Below are positions 11,431 through 23,247 of a DNA stretch of 64,000 bases, piece after piece. Position 1 is the first letter of the stretch. Every line of letters starts with the position of its first letter. Below the pieces are notes generated by a model. The model ran no database searches and was not told the origin of the DNA. It saw only the letters and a list, made by a program, of their open reading frames with translations. A program made the translations under genes and the position numbers. Source of the stretch: Camelus ferus (taxonomy: Eukaryota); the NCBI RefSeq assembly GCF_009834535.1, contig NC_045697.1:99698001-99762000 (forward strand), read 5' to 3'.

Positions 11431-14400
11431 GCAGCTTCTTGAACCAGCCTGGCCTACAGTGAATATTCAGTACGTTTTAGTTCCTCTTCTACCCACTTCA
11501 AGGAGATCACACAAAAGTTTCCTAAAAGGCTCCAAGATTTGGCCACATCAGTTGTCATGGTAACGGCAGTGTCCTGTGGATGCCTCTCTGTAAGCCGGGA
11601 GGGACTCTTGACGTCCTCCTGATAAAAAGGCTTGTGATAGAAGAGGGAGGTGGGTGTGAACAGACTCTTTAAACAAGAATGTGATTCTTTTCTGATACAA
11701 ATAGTACAGCTCCTCTTTTTCCTCTTCATCCTGGCCCTCACCTCTTCCCCGCTGATGTTCTTCCCATCACTGTCCTCCATTATGCCTCCTTCCTGACTCT
11801 GCTCTCTAAAACCTCTCCTGAATAATATTCAAAGCTGCTTCTGCATCTGCTTTTGGCATCAGCCAATTAGCCCTCACTGGAAGGTTGTAATAAGCCTCCC
11901 GGAGAAGTGGCGCAATTGTTTGTGCTTTTATTTGATGCCGCTTCCTACCACTATACGGAAAATGGAACAATACCCGCCTCGTGCCCTGCTGAAAGCAGTC
12001 TGGGTTTGAAGAGCTTTCAGAAGGCCATCTGCCATCCCCTCAGCCCAGTGGAAGATCAGACACGAGGACCTGCATTAGTTAGCACTCCAAGTAAAAGGTA
12101 TCAACGGTCTGTGTTCCTTTTCATCTTACCCTCCATTATTATTCGGGCTAAAGAAGGAAAAAGACTCGTGGCTCCCCAGCTGGGAGACACACTGAGCCAC
12201 AGCAGGAGTTTGTCCACGAAAAGGGTGCAGGTTTTTCTTTTCTGTTGCTGAATGGAGCCTGTGTTTGCAGCCAGCACCATGCTCCAGAGTGTCCCCTGCA
12301 ATGCTGGTAATGGCTTTCCTGGGTACACTGGACCTCGTGGGAGGATGCGGTGCTGACGAGTGTCCTGGAGTGGAGGCATCATTAAATTAACTATACAAGG
12401 ATTAGGCGAGGGTGTGTGCTGGGCAGGGAGAGTGGAGTGGCTCCTGCGTCATCTCAGTTGACACCCTCTGATGAATCCGGCCATGGATATTAATTCAGAA
12501 GATTATTCAGACATCCTTAGAGATATCAAAAGAGATCACCTCTAGTATGATGGAAATATTTTTGTTCTTAGTGGATTGAACAAGTGTATTCATTGCATCA
12601 GCAACGACAGAAAGTTTCAGCAAATCTTAATTGGCATTTGGGATCCACAGAAGTATAGATAATGACATTGGCCAAGTGAAATATCTGTTCCTGTAAACTG
12701 AAGATAATGTGGACAGTGGCATTAGGCATACCTCCCTGGCCCAGCAAAATGCCTTAGAGACTTAGCAGAAGAGATTCAACGAGAAAAAGGAGATTAACTC
12801 TGCTTCCCAGTCACTTCTGAGAGCGCAATGGCTCTGGGGTCACTAATGTATTGCTAGAAACTGTAAGTGCTCTTTCTATGAAAAAGCTTCAGTCAGAGGA
12901 AATCCACTTACCTGAAATAAACAGTCTACCATAGTGCAAGAACTAGTTTTAATAAACAAGCTTAAGAAATGGAATATTAGGGCAGCATCAAAATGTTTTC
13001 AGTAATCTAGAGTGTTCTCTGATTTTCTCATCAAAACATAAGTATTAATATTTTGACTTCCTTTAAAAGACAAAACCATCCATCAGTTTCCTTGTATCAG
13101 CAGTGTTTTTTATTAGATTAACAACAAAAAGAGTAGGAATTTTTTTGTCAAATTTATATGAAATCCTTCATAATGTGCTAATTTTTTTTCTAGAGGAAAA
13201 TCCAGAGGAGATTCAAAGGATCAAGGGTGAATTTGATTTACTTGAGCTCATGAGCTAATGAGACGCTGAACTCTCCCAGGTCCTTTTCCTGTTGAGAAGG
13301 AGACCAGCTGGCTATTTTCCAATACAGGGACCTTTATTTCACAAAGGCCCTAGTTGGACTGGATCAACTTTGGACACGCTTCCCCTCAAAGGCCTCCTGC
13401 CTGCTTTGTTCAGAATTTGAGGGTCCTTAGAGACCCTTGGGGCTCCCTGGAGAGACACTTTGAAGGTTCTTTTTGAGCCTGCAAAGAGAATCTGGAGTGT
13501 AGCGAGAAGGAGGGTAACCCTAACAGAGCAGGGCAACTGGATGAGCCAGCTTCAGCTGTCCTCCTCAACCCTAGGAATCAAATGTTTCAATGATCCAAAA
13601 GCTCTGAGTGACCCTATGGGAAATGATACGTACTCCAATCACAGAATCAGAATCAGATTCTGCTCAAAGCTGTTTCAGAGACATGTTTTGCTTTCACAGA
13701 AGACATTAGCGTTCATTTTCAATCCTCGAATTTGACGTTGGAAACGGAAGGGGCTTGGTGGCAGCCCATGTGAATGGTCCAGGAGAACAGTGAGCCTCCC
13801 TGGCAGCCCTTCCATTAGAGGGACCCGGGTCTTCCCTCCACCGGCCTCCCTGGGATGTACACAGCCAGCAGCCACCTCTTTTCAGCCCTAACTGGCTTTC
13901 TTTCCCATTTAATCATTGTTCTCTTGTTTCTCCACACACACGTTTCATTGTTAGCTTAATGACTTTGGCTCAGGATACTTGGCTGTGCACATGCGTAGTT
14001 CTGTCCTTGCTGGTAGCCTGACATTCATAAAAGCTGTTTGAAAAAGCTTGCATTTTAAAACACGTTCGTCCTTTCTTATCCCTCCTGAGAATCTTCACTA
14101 TCTTTTCCTAGCAAACAAAAGACAACTATAATTTGTTCATCCACGTGAATATTTTGCTTTCATTTGCATTCTTTGTGGCAAGGTTAGTGGGCTTCTCTAA
14201 GGTCATGGTAACTCTTCAGAAAGCTTTGTTTATAAGAATATTATTTTCAACAATGCTTCTTAGCCTTCTTTCTTTTAGAATTTTAAGTGGCTTGAGCTTT
14301 ATGCTATGACAATGTCCCTCAGCTTATAGTGGATTCCTGTCCCTTCTGCTTTAAAAGAGTGTAAAAACAGAATTTTCTGTAAATAAGATGTAGTTGATGT

Positions 14401-14828
14401 ACCATCTGAGCAACTCGCTCAGATGGCAGTGACTGTTGGCCCGAAAACACTAACTCTCTCATTCAGTGCCTCTCTGTAAAATACTTGATGATCATCAAAC
14501 ACACAGGGAGAGCCTATATTTCAAGGAATTTCTCAAAGAATAGTGTTTGTAGAATTTTTTCTGCTAACACAAACAGTAATTCCTTTATTGGTCCAGTCTG
14601 TAAGTGGGGACATCATCCTTTTTCCATAGTATATAGTCATTTGACTATAAAAGGAATTAGGCAAATTTACAGCTAACTGGTCATTTTAAAGAAACAAACT
14701 GTGTGTAATATTTTGGTCATGTTCCAATGATAATATCCTTAAGGGTTTTTTTTAACCTTTTTTGAGGGGGAGGAGGCAGAAAAACTAAAGCAGATGTTGA
14801 AGAAAGATGATTAATCAGCTATCACTCT

Positions 14829-14876
14829 AGTTTTCCTATAGGTTCTCACTCCAGTTTTCCTATAGGTTCTCACTCC
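14829..14876. repeat. Perfect 24-bp tandem duplication (agttttcctataggttctcactcc x2)
   Basis: Read directly: 14829-14852 and 14853-14876. Confidence 0.95.
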
Positions 14877-15054
14877 TGAAGATGATTAGAAAATCAGTTG
14901 GTTTCTTTAGAAATCCTAGTTAACTCTTTGGATATCTGATACCAGCTAAAAAATAACTCATCACTCATCACAAATAAAACTAAGAGTCACAAAATTAAAT
15001 ATTCGGAGTAAGCCCATATTTTACTATCTGATCATGTATCTCTTAGGTGGATGC

Positions 15055-15260
15055 TAATGACATTTACTGAGAACTTAATACGTCCAAGCACTGTGCTAAG
15101 AACTTCACATTCATTATCTCATTTAATCCTCACATACAGCATGTGATAGATATTATTATCCCTGGTTTCCACATTGAAAACTGGGACTCAAAAGGTTTAG
15201 TAACTTGTCCAAAACAGGGCGGGATAGCAGCCCAGGTCTGACCGACTTCAAAGCCTTTGT
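15055..15260 (-). mobile_element. MIR SINE
   Basis: catttactgag…cactgtgctaag…atctcatttaatcctcac…aaaactgggactcaaaaggtttagtaacttgtccaa. Confidence 0.8.
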
Positions 15261-15944
15261 CAAATGACAATGCATCAGGATGGAAATTACCAGATAGCAC
15301 AATTGCATTATACTGACAAGGTGGAAACAATAAGGTGCCTGCATTGCAGGTGTTGAACAGTGAAATATGGTCCCATAGTTATGAGGTCAATGTTCAAAAT
15401 GTAATCACAGACTCAGAGGGCAGGAAGCGCCCCAGAGGCTCTCTAACAATACTGGAGTATGCTCAGACAAGGACGGTAGAATATAAAATTGTATCTATGT
15501 TGTGATTACAACCATGTGAAAGTAATTTATGTATAGGGACTAGGATGGGAAGAGAATGTGGAAAAATGTCTTTATTAGTGTGAAGGGATTATAAATTATT
15601 ACATTTCATGTTCTATTTATACAATCATTTTTTTTTCTAAAAAACAAGGTTAACATTAGAGTTTTTCTGATCTATGGAAGTAAGATATCAATCCTAACTA
15701 GAGTGCTGATTTTTGAGAAGCATGTGAAAATACCAGTGCTAGGATTGAAGACATCTATCAACACATCACTACCGCCTTTTGCATTTTTAGTGATGTGTGC
15801 AAAAAGTTGTCTTAGGAGAATAAAATGTGGAAAGTGGCAGATTTGGCCATAGGACACACAAAGCACTGAGGGTGGGGGGCAGGGGAGATAAGACCTAAAT
15901 TGTAAATGCCACCCTTCAACATAGTCATATCTTTTTTGTTGAAA

Positions 15945-16635
15945 TTTTATTTTCATTTTGAAACAACCTCAAGTATCAAACATTTGCAAGTACATTAAGA
16001 AGGATTCTTTTTTCCTGAATTATTTGAGAGTAAGTTGCCAATCCAACACCCCCACTACCCCTAGATACTTAAGTGCGTATTTCCTACAAACAGGGACTTT
16101 CTCCTTCATAATCACAATACAACCAACCAAGTCAGGAAAATGACATTCAGACATCACAATCACCTAATCTTCAAAGTGCATTTACATCTCACCAGTTGTC
16201 TTGACGATATCCGTGACAGCAAAAGCACCCGGTTAGAGTCACACGTTGCATTTAGTTGTCACATCGCTTTAGCCCCCTTCAATCTGGAACAAGTCTTTAC
16301 TTGACTTTCATAACTTTGATAATTTTAAAGATTATAGAGCAGTTGTTTTGTAACATGTTCCTCAATATCGGTATGTTTGGTGAGAACATCACAGAAGGAA
16401 TGCTGTGTTCTTCTCACTGTACTGTAACGGGTGGTCCATAGTTTCCATTTATCCTTTAGTAGTGAGGTTCACTTTGATGCCTTGGTTATGGTGGTGTCTT
16501 GCTCCTTTTTATTTTAATAATTAGCAAGCCTTTTGGGGGGAGATATTTTGAAACTAGGTAATATTTCATTTCACATCAAACTATGTATGTATGTATTTAT
16601 ATGAGAATAGCCTCATGGCTTCCTACTTTATTGAG
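15945..16635 (-). mobile_element. Old L1 (L1MC-like) 3' fragment
   Basis: tttcctacaaacagggactttctccttcataatcacaatac; a similar motif recurs at ~63680-63715. Confidence 0.6.
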
Positions 16636-17864
16636 TAAAAGTCCTCAATATAGCCTTAGAGAAGAGGAAGAGATACCTAGTGCCCTGAAATCTTTTATAG
16701 GCAGTATTTCAATCAAGTGTATATAGATTCTCTTCCTACTGCCTTGAGTTACTAAAATTCTCACTTAACTTCACTTCATTTCTTCTTCTCTTATAAATTA
16801 GTCTCCAAAAGAGTCATAGGGAAGGATGGCCAACGAGGAAAAATCAAATATTCTTTTATTCATTCACCCATTTAATGACAGCCTACGAGGTACTAGGCTC
16901 TCCTCGGTTCAGGCTGTCACTTCAGTGTGTCTGCTTTGAACCTCAAGTCGGGCTCCCCCGGCAGTGATTGGCCACCGGGTAGAAGGCGGGTGTAGACAGC
17001 CTATGTTCCTATTACCATGTGGCTGGATTCCGAGAAGTTGTTAACCTTAATTTCTCTCAGAAGATGGAATGTTTATAAACCAAATGCTGGTATTTCCTTA
17101 TGGCTCTCAAACTCATGACTCACGTTAGGATCATGATCTTAACTTTCACATACCAGAGATGCCACCTGACAAAATGATCAAGACACAGAGCAGAGCTGAC
17201 TTTGTCATTTCACTAGGCCACTTTTCATAGCCCTTCCTCCTACACTGGTTTTAAAAACACCATTACATTCGGTCTCATTTTCAACATTCTAACACAGGTT
17301 GATTCACAGGAACATCTTTAATTTGTGGTACCTCGTGCCTTCTTTCTCCTTCCCATTTTCCATATTCCCTCCATGTGTTTTTTTAAAATCCACTCTGTTC
17401 TTTGTCTTTACCTTACCTTTTATCTCCTCTCAACTGCCCTCTCTGGTCCTGTGTTGCCCTTCTCTGCCTTGCTCTACCCTCCCTCCTTTCCACTTTTCTT
17501 CTCTCTCATCTACACTGTCCAAGGTCCTCCTCCTCCTTCCCTCCAACCTAATCTCATGGCCTGAACTTTGCACTTTTTGCTCCTTTGGTCCAGCCACTCC
17601 CTATTGTATTGTTGGCTTAAGGGTCTGGAGATGAAGGAAGATCTCACTAGTCTGAGCTGAATAACTTTTTGAGAAAAGTTTTAGTTTTATCATTTTAAGG
17701 ACATGGAAAGAAGTCTTCAGCTCAGATAAATTTAGGTTTAAGCACTTAGAATCTGTGTATTACAATGATTGCTGCTGCGTCTATTAACTATTCACACACA
17801 AATACTGCTGCTAAGGCTGGTTATTTCCCTTATTTATTGTGCACTTATAGAGGATGGCTTTTTC

Positions 17865-18095
17865 TTAGGCAGCACTGAGTAATAATTAAGTTTCCAAGCT
17901 CTGCAGCTGAAGTCCCTGGAATCAAATTGTGGCTTAGCTAGCTGTGGTAGCACTGGGCAAGTTATTTAACCTCTCTAAGCTTTCATTTCCTCATCCATAG
18001 CATGGGGATGCCAAGTACCTACTTCCTAAACATTTTGTAAGAATTAAGTAAGACAGTTCTTGTAAAACTGTGTGGCACCTGGTAAATGTGGAATA
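17865..18095 (+). mobile_element. MIR SINE
   Basis: ctgggcaagttatttaacctctctaagctttcatttcctcatccatag core. Confidence 0.75.
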
Positions 18096-21000
18096 TATGT
18101 TATATATATTATAAATATAGTAAAAAAAAAATACCTGTATAATGAAAAATTCTCTACAATGAATATTCCTGACTAAACAAATAATTTTTGAAGTTTTAAA
18201 AAAATTGTCCCTGCTACCATACCAAAAATAAGCTCAGAATAGGAACTTTGTGTTGTAGTCAGTTAAAATCCACCACAGTTCTTTATTGTTCTACCTGAAA
18301 TAGCAATTCTTTTCCTTTTTCTGTCACCACTTCAGTCCGAATAATCCCTTCCAGAAATTTCCATAAAGTTTACATATTGAAAGACATAAAAGGTGAATGA
18401 CTTATGGTTAGGAGGCTTTAGAAACCTTTTCCCATCAGCTTGGTGATTGACCTACAGGGGTTTACAGATGTTCCAGTCAACACATAGGACTCTTCCAGAG
18501 AAATGTCACCATGAAGTGAGCCCTTCCCAACCCACTGGATTGCAGGGCAGGTAAACTGCACCAAACCCAAGTGGTGAGAGAGGAAGCACTCAACGCATCA
18601 GGAAAGGCCTGGAGAATCTGGAGATTCTCGGCTCTCTACACCGTGGTACAGTGTGACCAACCTACAAAGTCTAGATTCTGTGGTCACCATTTTAAGAAGG
18701 TGAAGTTACTGATGGAAGGGGAAAATCTTTCCAAGAAAATTCTTTGTAGAGAAAACAAACAGAAAAACAAAACAAAGCAAAACAACCAGCAGTTCAAGCT
18801 TTTGAGTTCAAGAAGAATTAAATTCAATGGACTTGGCCATCAAATGGGCTGGGAGTTCAGAGCCAGGAATTTGCTCAAAGTTAGAACTTTGGAACCAGTT
18901 CTTTCTTGGTCAAAGTTACAGTCTTTTGAGGTAGTTTATTAGACTGGGGAAGGACAAGGGTGAATAGGCTAAATATTATACAATTTCCAAAAGGAAATAT
19001 TCTGCTAAACAATCATATCCTTTCTCAACTAGGCTTCCTCAAATGACCATGGAATGTGGAAAAGGATTTGAGTGACTGCTTTCTCAATTCTCCCAGAGAT
19101 GGCACATAACAAGTACCTTTCTAGATGCAAGGGGAGAATTTATTTTATTTCATGCAATGGATACCTTAGGCAGGCTTAGCTCTCTCAGAACCTGGGGTGT
19201 AAAGGGGCTGGAGGTCCCATAGGGTGACGCATCCATGTGACAGAGTTGCAACACACTTCTAGCATTTTTTTTCTAGAACCCGAGACTGAAAACCATGCTC
19301 AACTTGGACCCTTCCTTCACTTTTATCTTCCATAGTTGATTTAGTCTGTTAACACATCCTGCTTCTACTTTCTTGAAAATGTTTATGGTAATATCCCCTT
19401 GTCTCCATTTCCACTGCCTCTACCACTCATGACTGAATTTTGTAACAGTCTTCTATAGTCTTATGACTTTGTACAGTCATAGAATTTAGCCTCTAGGAAT
19501 ATCAGTTTTCTCATGAGCAAAATAAAGATAATCATACTACCTGCCTTATAGGATTATGGTGAGGACTGAATGAGATATTTTATGTTAAGTGCTCAGTACA
19601 GCACCTTACAAATAGTTAGAACTCAATAAATGTTAGCTATTACTATTGTTATTTATGTCCCACCTTCACCCGCTGTGGATTCTTCCTACAAATGGATACT
19701 AGCTCTACACAAATCTTTCCAGAAAACATGTCCCTCACTACCTTAGGAATCCAGTGTATCAAATTCCTATTTGACTTTCCATGTTCTTCTCAGCTGATTC
19801 ATTCATTCACTCTTTAATTTATTAATTCTTTCTGGTTCAAACTCTAAATATCCAACTGACTTCCTACTATTTCCAAACATGTATCATTCAGCCATTTCTT
19901 CAATATGCTCACACTGCATCCCCGTGATAGGCCGAGTATTGGTGATACAGGAGAAACTAAGAGAGAAACGCTGCCACTCTCATAAATATTACTGCTGGGA
20001 GAATAGCAAGTACACTAGTCAGAAAGTCTATTTGTCACGTCCTCACCCCCACATGTGTTCCTAATATAGCCCAACTCTCTCCAAAGCTCTATCACACTTA
20101 GTGCCGTCCTGCTTTATCGGTGTTCTAACGTGGACACTATGTGTCTTACCAGCTAGATTGTGAACCCTCCGAGACCTCTGTATTCTCTTAAGTGACCAAC
20201 ACATGAGGAGTTCAAACTATGCTTTTTGATTGAGATTGACTCATTTGATTTTTACAGGATGTAGAACACATTTCCTCTTTTGGGTCCCTCATTTCAAAAC
20301 GTACATATCTCTAATATCTGTAGTCTAATGGAAGAACTTATATTTCTCTCAATTAGAATATGTATTCATTTGGACTGAGAGCTCTTTGATTTATTACAGC
20401 TGATATTTTTGACTGTTAACAGAAGATTAACAGATTTTACTCATACCTGATAGGTTTACATTATTTTGTATTTTTCATTCAGTATTTTTCATAGAAGCAG
20501 AGAAACTTCCTAAATAAATTCTTTGTTCTGATTATTATCGCTGTGTAACATACCCCCAAACTTAGTGTTGTAAGGCAACACTCACTTTATTTGCTCACTA
20601 TTTTGTGGCTCAGAGATTCAAGGGGGTGTAGCTGGGCGGTTCTGCCTTGAGAATTCCTGCTGCCCTTGCAGCCAGATGTCAGCTAGGCTGCAGTCCTCTG
20701 GTTAGAAAAGCCTCAGACTCATTAGACTTTTAGTCCTATGCATGAAGCGAGACTTCAGGCAAGTCACTTTATTTCTCTGGGTCTCATTTTCCACACAGAA
20801 TGAGATAAAACTAACAAATTCTTTTGAGAGCTCTTTCAGCTCAAAAGTCCTGTGATTCTATAAAATGCAAAAATAAAGTTTGAAAAAAACCACAAAAAAT
20901 TAAAAAAATAAAGTTTGGATATGAGCAGCTACAAATCACTGTGCATAACTAAGGTTATTCTACAAGTAGAAAATGTTACTAAATGAAGGGAAAACCTAAG

Positions 21001-22457
21001 GACTGAAAATAATAAAGACAATTTTTTTATGGTGAAACAGAAACTTATCTTGAATCAATTTTGCCACTAGAGGTCACTAGTGTACCATCTCAAAGAGAAT
21101 AAATGCCGTCAAGTTCCTTATCCATGGCCCCTAAATGACGTTCATGGTGTCTTTTAGTGTATTCAGAGTATCTCCTGACGTATGTCATGATGGGGTGACA
21201 TCGGTTATCACTGTAGATGATGTTTCACATGTGCCTAGGGTTCTGTAAGTGTGAAGGGCCACGACCAGAACCAAAAGGAAAATTAATTCTCTGGCTTTTC
21301 TGCCCTCTCACTGGGATGCGTTAAGGGGCAGTGAGAAAATCTGACAGAAAGATACATGAGCTCTGAGGTGAAAAGGCATTGTGGAAACACTGTATCACCC
21401 TCTGAGGCAGCACAGACATGTCTCCTTTTTAAGAGGCAGGAAAAGTAAGGATCTAGAGAAGAACGTTCATTCATTCATTCAACCAATATTTATGGGCTCA
21501 CATGTAGCCAGTGTGCTGGCGATGGCGCCACATTAATGAAGGAGACCAGCTGGTGCCCTCGAGGAATCTAAGAAATCGGGCAGAGGAGGGTTTCTAGCCA
21601 GATGCTCTTAGTACTTACAGACCACCATGCCAGGCAACTTTCCCTCAGAATTTCTTCCCGCATCTCCCCCAGAGACCGTTAGGACAAGCAATATAAGTCC
21701 CATTTCGAGCGCAGGTGGTCACCTGCAGCACGGTAAAGCCAGTGACTTTTTAAAGCTGATGACACTTTTCTGAGGTGAAGTTAAGAGTTGACTAGATGCC
21801 TTTTACATCAAATCCAAAACTGAACCACAAAGATACGTGTGAGAAGATGTTAAAATGCTGAGTTGGGTTGTGGCCAATGATGCTTGTTAGAAAAAAAAAA
21901 TAATGCCTAATATCTTTAAATGAGAGAAACAATGCTCTAAGAGACATTATTGCCCTGAAACATAAAGATCTGTAGAGGTCGCTGAAGAAACTTCCATGAG
22001 ACAGAGAGACTCCAGGAGGCCTCTGAAGGGCATATCAATTTTCTCCCAAAATGAAAACTACATTTTCTTATATTTTGCTTCATGCAGTACATAAAGAAAA
22101 CCTAGCAAATGGAAAAACTCACAATTCTACCATCAAGGATGAATAGCAAGGGGTTCTAGGCTCTTTCCATACCTTGAAGAGCTAGTTATTCTACAGCTTT
22201 AAGGGGGATTTTAAATTAGTTATCATCAGCCTTTAGACCAGACACAAAGTCTGTTTCTGAGCATAACAGGCAAGACCCTATCCCTTAGCAGCAAGGTATT
22301 CTTTTGTTTTCTGCCTTCACTAGAGAAGAAGAAGAAACGGAGTCTGGTCAGATCTCTGCTTCAAGTTGGGGAAGACTTGATCTACTTTTGCTATGATGAG
22401 TGTTACTAACTATTCTGGCAATTATTAATCTTAAGCACTTGTTTTAAAACAAACCAC

Positions 22458-23247
22458 AACATGAAAAGATGCTCAACATCACTATTAGAGAAATGCAAAT
22501 CAAAACTACAATGAGATATCACTTCACACCAGTCAGAATGGCCATTACCAAAAAGTCTACAAATAATAAATGCTGGAGAGGGTGTAGAGAAAAGGGAACC
22601 TTCCTTCCCTGTTGGTGGAAATGTATATTGGTGAAGCCATTGTGGAAAACACTATGGAGGTTCCTTAAAAAACTAAAAATAGAGTTACCATGTGACCCAG
22701 CAATCCCACTCTTGGGCATACATCCAGAAAAGACAAAAGGTCTAAATAAAAAAAAAAAAAACATGAACCCCAATGTTCATAGCAGCACTATTTACAACAG
22801 CCAAGACATGGAAAAAATCTAAATGTCCATCAACAGATGACTGGATAAAGAAGATGTGGTATATACATAATGGAATATTACTCAGCCACAAAAAGAATGA
22901 AATAATGCCATCTGCAGCAACTTGGATGGACCTAGAGTTTATCATATTAAGTGCAGTAAGTCCGACAGAGAAAGACAAATATCATATATCATTTTTATAT
23001 GGAACCTATAAAAATAATACAAATCAACTTACAAAACAGAAACAGACTCACAGACATAGAAAACAAGCTTGTGGTTACCAAAGGGGAAAGGGGGGAGGGA
23101 TAAATTAGGAGTTTGGGATTAGCAGATACAAAGTATATATGTGTATATATAATATATAATATATATATAATACATAAAATATTATATATATATATAAAAT
23201 AGATAAACAACAAGGATTTGCTGTATAGCACAGGGAACTATATTCAA
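22458..23247 (+). mobile_element. Relatively young L1 3' fragment (ORF2 end plus 3' UTR) with internal TA-rich expansion
   Basis: ORFs 22469..22822 and 22773..23108 match the L1 ORF2 C-terminus ([12 protein letters not shown]…CWRGC…[29 protein letters not shown]). Confidence 0.92.

Noticed and set aside
21135..21230. Cluster of TGAC/TGATG motifs as a C/D snoRNA or CRE cluster
   Set aside because: No correctly ordered RTGATGA…CTGA pair with terminal stem, and only partial CRE sites.
22469..23108. Reverse-transcriptase-associated ORFs as an active or novel gene
   Set aside because: Frameshifted, 5'-truncated L1 ORF2 C-terminal remnant.
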